Source of the DNA: Candidatus Limnocylindrales bacterium | GTDB taxonomy: Bacteria > Chloroflexota > Limnocylindria > Limnocylindrales > CSP1-4 | Reading direction: 5' to 3' | DNA length: 61,180 nucleotides | NCBI GenBank assembly: GCA_036505555.1 | Contig: DASXTH010000072.1 | Span: forward strand, 1-61,180 | Shown here: in pieces, positions 46,657 to 54,855 of the stretch | Layout: each line of letters starts with the position of its first letter | How positions within the stretch are numbered: position 1 is the stretch's first letter | Notes under the pieces: generated by a model | The model's input: the letters and a program-made list of their open reading frames with translations, nothing else | Told to the model about the DNA's origin: nothing | The model's database searches: none | Translations under genes and position numbers: made by a program

Positions 46657-47346
46657 TCAGGCCGACGACGCAACCCCCACGAGCGGGGTCACCAGGGCGG
46701 TCACGGCCGGCGATGGACCCAGCCGGAGCTCGTCGCGCATCAACCGGACGTAGGCCTCGTACTGGCGAATCGCCTCGGCTCGGTTGCCCTCGCGGAGATG
46801 GGCGTTGATCAGGGCGACGTGGCCGCTCTCGTGGAGCGGCTCTTCGGTGATCGCCGCCAAGCCCGCTTCGATCGCACGCCCAAATTCGCCGGCGAGCGTC
46901 AGCATGACGCAGGCTCGTTCGAGGGCGTGCAGCCGGAGCTGGCGGAGACGCTCCCGTTCGATGAGGACCCAGTCGTCGTACCAGTCGGGGAGGAGGTCCC
47001 CGGCGACCGTGAGCTCGTCGATCCGCTCCGTGGCCACATCCCCGTCGCCCGCCATCAGCTGGTGGGACCAGACCGTGAACTCGATGACGTCGACCGCAAC
47101 ATCCTCGCCGAGCGTCAGGTAGTCCCCACTCGTCTCGACGACCCGGACGCCGGCCTGGCGCAGGCGCCAGAGGGCCGAGCGGAGATTGCCCATCGCCCGA
47201 TCCTGCGTTGCATCGAGCCACAGCATCTCGGCGACGTATGGCCGGAGGGATGGTCGATTTCGAAGCGCGACGAATGCGGCCACCCGTTGTGCGCTGAGCG
47301 GGATCCTGATCGGGACCCGCTCACAGGACAGGGAGAAGCCCTGCAT
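46657..47346 (-). CDS. SARP-family transcriptional regulator (OmpR-type winged helix + BTAD)
   Basis: ATG at residue 50 of ORF 46657..47493. The wHTH region is RVAAFVALRNRPSLRPYVAEMLWLD...NLRSALWRLRQAG. The BTAD region is GDLLPDWYDDWVLIERERLRQLRLHALE...GNRAEAIRQYEAYVRLMRDELRLGP. Confidence 0.8.
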   Translation of the reverse strand: MQGFSLSCERVPIRIPLSAQRVAAFVALRNRPSLRPYVAEMLWLDATQDRAMGNLRSALWRLRQAGVRVVETSGDYLTLGEDVAVDVIEFTVWSHQLMAGDGDVATERIDELTVAGDLLPDWYDDWVLIERERLRQLRLHALERACVMLTLAGEFGRAIEAGLAAITEEPLHESGHVALINAHLREGNRAEAIRQYEAYVRLMRDELRLGPSPAVTALVTPLVGVASSA

Positions 47347-47612
47347 GAGACACAGCCGGACGCGGGCGTCGGGGCGCGTCGCGCCCACGACTCGGGCGCC
47401 GGCCGGATGGCCGGTGTCCCCATTGCGGCGCTGGACTTCCGGTCGCGCGCTGCCCGGGAGTCGAACGGCATTCGCCGCCGTGTCGACGCCCATTGGTCAG
47501 CCCGTCGACGGCAGCCGTCGGTCGTGAAGCGTCCCGTCGACCATCGTGCCCCCAGACCTGGTGGATCGCCCGATCATCGCACAGCGCCGTCTCGCCAGCG
47601 TCGCGCGAGTCG

Positions 47613-49028
47613 CTAACTAGTTGTCCGGTGGGCGAGATACTCGAGGAGGTCGAGCTTCGTGACGACGCCGGCCGGCTGTTCGCCGCGGATCGCGACGAGC
47701 GCAGGCGCGCCGCCGCTGAGGAGCGCAAACGCCTCGTCGAGGGTCGCCGACGCGTCGACGAGCGGCAATGCCCGCTCCATGACCTCTCCCACGGTCCGCT
47801 CGACGATCGACGGATCCCGATACGCCCGGTCGAGCAGCGCCTTCTCCGAGATCGACCCGACGATGCCCGCGACGGCGTTGCCCGCGGTGTCCTCCGAGAC
47901 CGGCATCTGCGAGATCCCGTACTCCTGGAGCGTGGCGATCGCCTCGCCGACGCGTTGCGTCGTCCGCGCCACGACGACGGCCGGACGCTCGGAGCCGTGG
48001 CGATGGCCCGAGAGGAGATCGGCGATCCGGGCGACAGCTCCGGTCGTCGGGAGCAGCCCGTTCACCCGCATCCACTCGTCGTTGTAGACCTTGGACAGAT
48101 AGCTCCGGCCGCTGTCGGGGAGGAGGACGACCATCACCTTGCCCGCGCCCTCGCCCGCGTCGACCAGCTCGCGGGCGATCTCGAGCGCGGCGACGAGCGC
48201 CGTCCCGCACGAGCCGCCCGCGAGGATCCCCTCCTCTCGGGTGAGCCGCCGCGCGGCGAGGAACGCGTCGCGATCGCTCACCCGGACCCAGCGATCGACG
48301 ACAGCCGGGTCGTAGGTGCCCGGGACGAAGTCCTCCCCGACGCCCTCGGTGAGGTACGGCCGGGCGGTGTCGCCCGACAGCACGGACCCCTCCGGGTCGG
48401 CGCCGACGATCACGACATCCGGCTTCTGCGCTCGCAGGTAGTGGCCGGCCCCGGAGATCGTGCCGCCGGTCCCGACGCTCGCGACGAAGTGGGTGAGTCG
48501 GCCCTCGGTCTGCTCCCAGATCTCGGGGCCCGTCGTCCGTTCATGGGCGGTCGGGTTCTCGAGGTTCCAGTACTGGTCGGGCTTGAACGCGCCGGGGATG
48601 TCGCGGGCGAGCCGGGCCGCGACCGAGTAGTACGACTCGGGTGACGCAGGATCGACGTTCGTCGGGCAGAGGACGACCTCGGCGCCGTACGCCCGGAGAA
48701 GCGACTGCTTCTCGGTCGACTGCTTGTCGGCCATGACGAAGATGCAACGGTAGCCCTTGAGCGCGGCCGCGATCGCGAGACCGTGCCCAGTGTTGCCCGA
48801 CGTCGGCTCGATGATCGTGCCACCCGGCTTCAGCAGTCCCGCCTGCTCGGCAGCCTCGATCATCGGCAGGCCGATCCGATCCTTGACCGAGCCGCCCGGG
48901 TTGAGCATCTCGAGCTTTGCGAGGATGAGCGGCTGCCGATCCAGAGGTCCCAGATCGCGTGTGACCCGGCTCAGCCGGACGAGCGGTGTCCGGCCGACCA
49001 GGTCGAGGATGGTCTCGGCGTACTGCAT
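47613..49028 (-). CDS. cbs: Cystathionine beta-synthase (PLP cysteine-synthase fold + tandem CBS domains)
   Basis: ATG at residue 54 of ORF 47613..49187. Motifs are LDLVGRTPLVRL, NPGGSVKDR (PLP Lys) and GTGGTISG. The C-terminal CBS pair includes MERALPLVDASATLDEAF. Confidence 0.9.
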   Translation of the reverse strand: MQYAETILDLVGRTPLVRLSRVTRDLGPLDRQPLILAKLEMLNPGGSVKDRIGLPMIEAAEQAGLLKPGGTIIEPTSGNTGHGLAIAAALKGYRCIFVMADKQSTEKQSLLRAYGAEVVLCPTNVDPASPESYYSVAARLARDIPGAFKPDQYWNLENPTAHERTTGPEIWEQTEGRLTHFVASVGTGGTISGAGHYLRAQKPDVVIVGADPEGSVLSGDTARPYLTEGVGEDFVPGTYDPAVVDRWVRVSDRDAFLAARRLTREEGILAGGSCGTALVAALEIARELVDAGEGAGKVMVVLLPDSGRSYLSKVYNDEWMRVNGLLPTTGAVARIADLLSGHRHGSERPAVVVARTTQRVGEAIATLQEYGISQMPVSEDTAGNAVAGIVGSISEKALLDRAYRDPSIVERTVGEVMERALPLVDASATLDEAFALLSGGAPALVAIRGEQPAGVVTKLDLLEYLAHRTTS

Positions 49029-49062
49029 GGGAAGGAGGATAGCCCGGCCTCGGGGCCGTGGA

Positions 49063-50736
49063 TCAGGAGCCGGCGAGGTCGGCGGCGAGCCGCTCGTCGG
49101 CCAGACCGGTGGCGATTGCCCGGCTCCGCACCTGCCCGCCGAGGGCCTCCAGGAACGGCGCCCGGTCGATCCCGAGTAGGACGGCATCCTCGAGGGCGGT
49201 GACCGTCGCCGTCCGGGGGACGTCGCGCAAGAGGGCGATCTCGCCGAAGGCGTCGCCCGGCCCGAGCGTCCGCATCGGCCGGCCCGCGACGGTCACCATG
49301 AGCGCTCCCGTGGCGACGACGTAGAAGCGCTCGCCCGTCTCACCCTCGCGGACCACGACCGTTGCGGCCTCGACGGTCGTCCGGGCGAGACCGGCGGCGA
49401 GCCGCTCGAGGACCGGGCCCGACAACGGCGACAGCATCGGGATCGCCCGGAGGAGGCGCAACTCGACCACACGATCCGCGTCGAGCCGATCGCCGCGGAT
49501 GATCGTCCAGCCGACCAGGGCCAGGACGATCGGCAGGGACAGCCCGGCGACCGCGAAGACCGCGCGGTTCCCGACCAGGCCGATGACGATCGGAACGGCG
49601 AGCCCGCCGACCGCGCTCGCACCCATCATCAGCCCCTGGAGGAGGCCGAAGACGCGACTCATCACATCGTCGCCCGCGAGACGATGGATCAGCGTCTGGG
49701 CGCCGACGTACGTGAGCCCGAGGCCGATCCCGGCCAGGACGAGGAGCCCGGCCGCGAGGGCGGGGCCAGATGCGACGGCGATGGTCGCGATCGAGACGCC
49801 ATAGAGGATCGCGCTCGCCGCGAGGACGGCCCCCAGCCGCTCGCGCCCGACGAGGCCGAGCCCCGCGACGGAACCCACGATCGCCCCGAACCCGCCGACC
49901 GCCCCGACGAACCCGACACCCTCGCCGCTGAGACCAAGCAGATCGATCGCCAGGACCGCGTAGAGCACATCCATCACACCGACGAGGAGGGTGGCCCACG
50001 TCGCGATCAGGACGACGGACCGCAGCCGCGCGTCCGCGAGGACCGCGTGGATCCCGCCGGCGAGCTCCGCGAGCGCGGAGCGCAGGCGTTCGGGTCGGGG
50101 CGTCGCTGGCTCGGCGGTCGCACGCCCTGTGAGCGGGAGGGCGCGGCGCCGACGGACCGCGCTGACCACGGCCAGGCAGCCGAGGAGGTCGGCTGTGGCG
50201 GCAACGGCGAAGACCACGGCGGGGCCGCCGAGCCCGATGAGCAACCCCGCGCCGAGCGGCCCGATCAGGGTCCCCGCGCTCTCGACCATCCCGGACACGA
50301 CGTTCGCGGCGGTCAGGTCGTCGGGCGAGTCGACCACCTCGGGCATGAGCGCCGAGTGAAGCGGCCGCGACAGCGAGACCAGCGTCGCGCTGACAATCGC
50401 CAGGGGGTAGACGACGACCGGCGCCGCTCCGCCGGCGAGCGCGACCGCGGTCGCGGCCATGACCGCCGACTGGGCGGCATACGTGACGAGGAGCACGCGA
50501 TCGCGCGGGAATCGATCGCCGAGGGCGGAGACGGCCGGCGCCAGGACGACCGATGGCGCGAGCTCGATGAACACGACGATGCCGGCCTCTGCGGCACCGC
50601 CACGACCGTAGGCATAGACGATGATCGCAACCCACGTCGACCACTCGCCGAAGGCGAACGCGAGGTAGGCGAGCTCGAGGCGGCGAAGGACCGTGCTCCG
50701 GACGACCGCGGCGAGGACGCCGAAGCGACCGGTCAC
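49063..50736 (-). CDS. MFS transporter fused to a C-terminal cyclic-nucleotide-binding domain
   Basis: GTG start in a GTGA overlap with the upstream acyltransferase stop. About 12 hydrophobic helices are followed by LSGPVLERLA...REGETGERFYVVATGAL...LGPGDAFGEIALLRDVPRTATV, the cNMP-binding signature. Confidence 0.75.
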   Translation of the reverse strand: MTGRFGVLAAVVRSTVLRRLELAYLAFAFGEWSTWVAIIVYAYGRGGAAEAGIVVFIELAPSVVLAPAVSALGDRFPRDRVLLVTYAAQSAVMAATAVALAGGAAPVVVYPLAIVSATLVSLSRPLHSALMPEVVDSPDDLTAANVVSGMVESAGTLIGPLGAGLLIGLGGPAVVFAVAATADLLGCLAVVSAVRRRRALPLTGRATAEPATPRPERLRSALAELAGGIHAVLADARLRSVVLIATWATLLVGVMDVLYAVLAIDLLGLSGEGVGFVGAVGGFGAIVGSVAGLGLVGRERLGAVLAASAILYGVSIATIAVASGPALAAGLLVLAGIGLGLTYVGAQTLIHRLAGDDVMSRVFGLLQGLMMGASAVGGLAVPIVIGLVGNRAVFAVAGLSLPIVLALVGWTIIRGDRLDADRVVELRLLRAIPMLSPLSGPVLERLAAGLARTTVEAATVVVREGETGERFYVVATGALMVTVAGRPMRTLGPGDAFGEIALLRDVPRTATVTALEDAVLLGIDRAPFLEALGGQVRSRAIATGLADERLAADLAGS

Positions 50737-51671
50737 GACGGGGTCGCGGACAGTGGCGGCGTGGCCGGGTCGGGCTCGTCGGCGGGTTCGCCCCGGTCGA
50801 GGCGGCCACGCCGGAGGAGCAGCCACGTGAGTCGGTTCCTGAGCCGCCGTGGGTGGTCGGGCGGATCGATCGTGGCCGGCCAGATCTCCGCAACGACCGG
50901 CCCCAGCACGCCTTCGAGGGCCGCGCTCAGCCGCCGAGCCAGGTCGAGCTCCGCGCGCGTGCCGGCCGCGGGCACGACGCCGTCCCAACCGGGGCCGAGC
51001 AGCCCGGCCACGGTCGTCGGCGGCAGGACGCGCGAGGCCATCCGCCGCCCGATGTACAGCTCGTCGGTGCCGGCCATCGCGAGCGGGACGATCGGCGCGC
51101 CGGTCCGGAGGGCGATCACCGCCCACCCGACCCGGAACGGGCCGATCCGGCCGACGGGCCCGCTCACCGTCCCTTCCGGCATCTGGGCGAACACGCCGCC
51201 ATTGGCGACGACCGCGCGGGCCGACGCGACGTGCTGGTCGGCGCCGATCCCGCCGCGCCACACGGGCAGGAGGCCCCCGAGGCGATGGATGAGCGCCTCG
51301 CGCCAGCGCGATGTGAACGTCGACGGCGCGCTCCCGAGGAACCACGCCCGCGGCTCGACGGGCAAGGCGTGGACGACGAGGAACGGGTCCATCCAGCCGC
51401 GATGCGCCGCCCCGACAAGCAGGTAGCCGCCCGTCGGCAGGTGCTCCTTGCCCGACGCCGCGATCCGGAACCGGAAGGTCCCGAACAGCACGAAGCGGGC
51501 GAACAGGCGAACGACTCGATACAGGAGTGACGCCCGGCTCTCGGGCGTCCGGCCGAGCCAGGCCAGGCCTTCGACGGCTCCGCCACGAGCGTCCGCGAGC
51601 GCCTGCGGCGCGACTCGGCCCGGAGGCGGCCGACGGCGACGCCCGGTCCCTGGCTCCGCCGCTCCGGTCAC
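50733..51671 (-). CDS. Lysophospholipid/1-acylglycerol-3-phosphate acyltransferase family (PlsC-like)
   Basis: HX4D motif in VGAAHRGWMDPF, followed by FAQMPEGT (the EGT motif). GTG start 1 nt after the lgt stop. The exact start is uncertain. Confidence 0.7.
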   Translation of the reverse strand: MTGAAEPGTGRRRRPPPGRVAPQALADARGGAVEGLAWLGRTPESRASLLYRVVRLFARFVLFGTFRFRIAASGKEHLPTGGYLLVGAAHRGWMDPFLVVHALPVEPRAWFLGSAPSTFTSRWREALIHRLGGLLPVWRGGIGADQHVASARAVVANGGVFAQMPEGTVSGPVGRIGPFRVGWAVIALRTGAPIVPLAMAGTDELYIGRRMASRVLPPTTVAGLLGPGWDGVVPAAGTRAELDLARRLSAALEGVLGPVVAEIWPATIDPPDHPRRLRNRLTWLLLRRGRLDRGEPADEPDPATPPLSATPS

Positions 51672-51672
51672 G

Positions 51673-52788
51673 TCAGTCGGGCGCGGCCGGTCGATCCGGC
51701 CGTGGCGGGTCGGTGTCGGGCTCGCTCAGGTGGTCGGCGGCGGCTTCGTCGGCGGCCCCTTCGACGGCGTCGCCGCCGAGGTCTTCGGCGTGATCGTGGT
51801 CTTGCTCGTCGCCGAGGTCGTCGTCGAGGTCGTCGTCGAGGTCGTCATCGAGGTCGTCCTGCTCGTCATCGTCCCAGAACGCGTCCTCGGCATCCTCGCG
51901 CGACGGCGCGGCGGCGGGATCCGGCAGGAGTTCGGCGGCGGTGACACCCGGATGGCCCCGCCCGTGCCGATAGAGCAACCCCACGACGCCGATGGAGATG
52001 AACGCCGCGGTGACGATCTGGGCGGTCGGGACGCCGAAGAACGTCCAGTTCCCACTCCGGAGACCCTCGAGCGCAAAGCGGGTGAGCCCGTACCAGATGA
52101 AGAAGATCAGGAGGAGATCGCCCGGGACCAGACGAGAGCTCCGTCGTCGTCCGAGCCAGATGAGGAACAGCGCGCCGACGATCCCCGAGACCGATTCGTA
52201 GAGGAAGAGCGGATGGAAGTGGGTCGTCGCCACCGGGTACTGGACGACGTCGAGGTAGGGCGCGACCCGGTGCGCCTCGTCGATCCGGATCCCCCACGGC
52301 AGGCCGGTCGGCGGTCCGAAGAGCTCCTGGTTGAAGAAGTTGCCCCAGCGGCCGATGGCCTGCATGACGAACAGCCCCGGCGCCACCACGTCCGCCCATC
52401 GCCAGAACGGCTGACGGGACCAGCGTACGTACGCCCAACCCGCGATCGAGCCGGCGATGATCCCGCCCGGGACGCCGAGCCCGGTGAACCCGGAGAAGGC
52501 ATACGACCCGTCCGGCTTGACCGTCAGCGGCAGGAACGCGGTCAACGGATTGTTCACGTAGAGCTGCCACTGGTCGATGACGTGGTACAGCCGCCCGCCG
52601 ATCAAGGCGGCGACCGCGATGACGATCATCCCGGACCCGACCCGCTCCCAATCGAGACCACGGAACCGGGCCTCGCGAACGACGACCCAATAGACCGCCG
52701 CCAGTCCGACGGCGTAGGCGATCCCGTACCAGTAGATGGGGAAGCCGAGGATGCGGACGAACACCGGATCAGGAGTGAAGTCGATCAT
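51673..52788 (-). CDS. lgt: Prolipoprotein diacylglyceryl transferase with acidic repetitive C-terminal tail
   Basis: FPIYWYGIAYAVG, GGRLYHV and GRWGNFFNQELFG are Lgt signature motifs. Start chosen at ATG 52788; the ORF's TTG at 52836 is also possible. The tail is DDDEQDDLDDDLDDDLDDDLGDEQDHDH. Confidence 0.85.
   Translation of the reverse strand: MIDFTPDPVFVRILGFPIYWYGIAYAVGLAAVYWVVVREARFRGLDWERVGSGMIVIAVAALIGGRLYHVIDQWQLYVNNPLTAFLPLTVKPDGSYAFSGFTGLGVPGGIIAGSIAGWAYVRWSRQPFWRWADVVAPGLFVMQAIGRWGNFFNQELFGPPTGLPWGIRIDEAHRVAPYLDVVQYPVATTHFHPLFLYESVSGIVGALFLIWLGRRRSSRLVPGDLLLIFFIWYGLTRFALEGLRSGNWTFFGVPTAQIVTAAFISIGVVGLLYRHGRGHPGVTAAELLPDPAAAPSREDAEDAFWDDDEQDDLDDDLDDDLDDDLGDEQDHDHAEDLGGDAVEGAADEAAADHLSEPDTDPPRPDRPAAPD
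51814..51858 (-). repeat. About four tandem 12-nt units (GAGGTCGTCGTC on the + strand) encoding the (DDLD)n tail of Lgt
   Basis: Units lie at 51814-25, 51826-37, 51838-49 (1 mismatch) and 51850-58 (partial). The repeat is in-frame coding sequence. Confidence 0.7.
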
Positions 52789-52871
52789 CTGCGGAGTGTA
52801 TGGACTGGCCGGCCCGTCGGGCGCGGTCCGGCGCAACGCACGGGGCCCGCGTTGGCGGGTACTCTCGGGAC

Positions 52872-53282
52872 GTGAACACCGAATTCAACTGGTGGATGCT
52901 GATCGTCGGTCTCGTCGTCGGCGCCGGCATCGTCTGGCTGGTGGTGGCTGACTCGCGACGCCGGGAGGTCGATGTCGGTGAAGCCGAGCGCGAGGGCGAG
53001 GCCCGTTGGATCGCCGAAGCGATGCGCGACGCCGGTCGCGGTGTCGGCGACCAGGACGTCCTCGACATCCTGCGACTCCACGAGGCCTATCTCGCGGCCT
53101 CGCCGCCCGACGACGTGTGGGACGAGGCCGGGGCCAGGGACGCCGCGCCGCTCGATCCCGAGGCCCGCTGGGTGGCGGTTCCGGCAGCACCCGTGACCGC
53201 CGGGCCCGTTGCCGACGAGCGGCGGCCGATGGCCCATCCGATCCGGCCGGAACGGCCCGACCAGGAGGGCGGACCCGCCTGA
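52872..53282 (+). CDS. Hypothetical single-pass membrane protein
   Basis: Internal GTG of ORF 52800..53282. The N-terminal TM helix is FNWWMLIVGLVVGAGIVWLVV, followed by a charged soluble tail. The frame is GC3-rich. Confidence 0.45.
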   Translation: MNTEFNWWMLIVGLVVGAGIVWLVVADSRRREVDVGEAEREGEARWIAEAMRDAGRGVGDQDVLDILRLHEAYLAASPPDDVWDEAGARDAAPLDPEARWVAVPAAPVTAGPVADERRPMAHPIRPERPDQEGGPA

Positions 53283-53309
53283 CGGGCGCGCCCGCGACCA
53301 ACCTGGGGG

Positions 53310-54176
53310 TCAGCCGGCGCTGAGGAGGACCTGCGGACCCTGCACGTCCGGATGGGCGAGGTCGACGAGGGAGACCCCGAAGGTCGAGCCCGGGCCCAGG
53401 CCAGCGATCTCGGGCACCTTGCCGACCCAGTAGGCAAGATCGCCGCCGAAGAACATCTTGCCAACGGGGCTGTGCTTGCCATCGACCTCCACCCAGCAGC
53501 GGTATTCGTGACCTGCCGGCGCCGGGGCGAGCCGGTCGGCCACGACCACGAGCTCCGTCGAGCCGGGTGAGTACACGAGGTTCCCCGCGGCCGCCGACCC
53601 ATCGGCGCTCGCCAGGCTCACCCGCCGGACATCTGGCTGGGCGTCGATCCGCAGCGTCCAGCGGGCCACGTCCCCGAGCGCGTCGATCTCGGCACTCAGC
53701 ACACCGACGGACGTCGCGTGGCCGGCGTTCAGGACAAGCGCCGTGCCGCTGACCGCCACGATCAGCGCGGCGGCGAGTCCGGCGAGGACGGGCAAGCGCC
53801 CGAAGCGCGGCCCGGCGCCGCGAGGACCGCCGAAGCTTGCCGGCGCGGCCGGGGACGACGGCGTCGGCGCGGGCGACACCGTCGACGGCACCGCACCGAC
53901 CGCCTCACCGCGCGGGCGGCCAAGTGCCGCCACGTATGCGAGCGTTCGTTCCTTCAGCTCGGGCGGCGGCGCGGAACGAACCGCCGGCGAGATCAGGCCG
54001 ACCGAGCGGCGAAGCCGGTCCAGCTCGGCGGTGCAATCGGGGCAGCCCGCGAGATGGCCGGCCACGATCGACGCGCTCTGCGTGTCGCCCGCCATCAGCC
54101 GCTCGAGGCCGCCCGGCTCGATCGCCGCGTCCTCGAGGATCTCGCGTACCTCGCTGTGGTCCATCGCTCCCATCAT
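53310..54176 (-). CDS. Anti-sigma factor (zf-HC2 N-terminus, TM helix, RskA-like C-terminal domain)
   Basis: HLAGCPDCTAEL is a zinc-finger anti-sigma motif. The central TM helix is LPVLAGLAAALIVAV. ATGA overlap with the sigma gene. Confidence 0.75.
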   Translation of the reverse strand: MMGAMDHSEVREILEDAAIEPGGLERLMAGDTQSASIVAGHLAGCPDCTAELDRLRRSVGLISPAVRSAPPPELKERTLAYVAALGRPRGEAVGAVPSTVSPAPTPSSPAAPASFGGPRGAGPRFGRLPVLAGLAAALIVAVSGTALVLNAGHATSVGVLSAEIDALGDVARWTLRIDAQPDVRRVSLASADGSAAAGNLVYSPGSTELVVVADRLAPAPAGHEYRCWVEVDGKHSPVGKMFFGGDLAYWVGKVPEIAGLGPGSTFGVSLVDLAHPDVQGPQVLLSAG

Positions 54177-54853
54177 CGTTCGATTCGTTCGTGGATCGGG
54201 ATCGGGATTGGCGTCGGCGCCAGCCCCGGCTCCAGCTCTTCGGCCAGGGCCCCGCGGAGTCGCAGGAGGGCGCGCCGCGTCCGGGTCTTCACCGTGCCGA
54301 GCGGCCAGCCGAGCCGCTCCGCGATCTCGGTCTGTGTCAGCTCCTCACGGTAGGCGAGGACGATCGCCGTCCGCTCGGCGTCCGGCAAATCGGCCAGCGC
54401 GTCCCGGATCACCTGGCGCAGCTCGGACGTCGCAAGCTCCCCTTCCGGCCCCAGCCCGACCCCGGCGCCACCGATCACGGCGCCGCTCCCGACCAGCCGA
54501 TCGAGGGCCGCCCCGGCCTCTTCGTCCTCGCCGGCCGCCGACGAGAGCGGGATGAGGTTCGGGCGACGGCCGGAGGCCCGCAACCGATCGACGGTCCGGT
54601 TCCGGGCGATCGTGTGGAGCCAGGCCGCGAGGGACCCGACCTTCGGGTCGAACAGCTCCGCTCGGTTCCACAACGTGAGGAATGTCTCCTGGACCACCTC
54701 TTCGGCAACCTGCCGATCGGACGTGAGCCGGCGTGCCGCCGCGAAGACCGCGTCGACGTACCGGTCGTAGAGCGCGCCCAAGGCCGATTGCGACCCCGCC
54801 GCGACCTCGCGGACGAGCACCGCATCGTCGGCCGGTGGGCGATCCCCAGCCAC
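54173..54853 (-). CDS. ECF-type RNA polymerase sigma factor
   Basis: Region 2 is YDRYVDAVFAAARRLTSDRQVAEEVVQETFLTLW. Region 4 is ERTAIVLAYREELTQTEIAERLGWPLGTVKTRTRRAL. Confidence 0.85.
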   Translation of the reverse strand: MAGDRPPADDAVLVREVAAGSQSALGALYDRYVDAVFAAARRLTSDRQVAEEVVQETFLTLWNRAELFDPKVGSLAAWLHTIARNRTVDRLRASGRRPNLIPLSSAAGEDEEAGAALDRLVGSGAVIGGAGVGLGPEGELATSELRQVIRDALADLPDAERTAIVLAYREELTQTEIAERLGWPLGTVKTRTRRALLRLRGALAEELEPGLAPTPIPIPIHERIER

Positions 54854-54855
54854 TT

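Noticed and set aside
14677-47346. Interpretation of the locus as a type VI secretion system or as a myovirus prophage.
   Set aside because: No TssB/TssC-type split sheath, TssM/L/J/K/A or ClpV genes, and no capsid, portal, terminase, protease-scaffold, integrase or lysis genes, were seen. The DUF4255 + Afp15-like ATPase pair points to the eCIS class.
51814-51858. Short tandem repeats considered as a possible CRISPR-like or minisatellite element.
   Set aside because: The units are 12 nt, contiguous and without spacers. They are in frame within lgt, so this is a coding acidic repeat.
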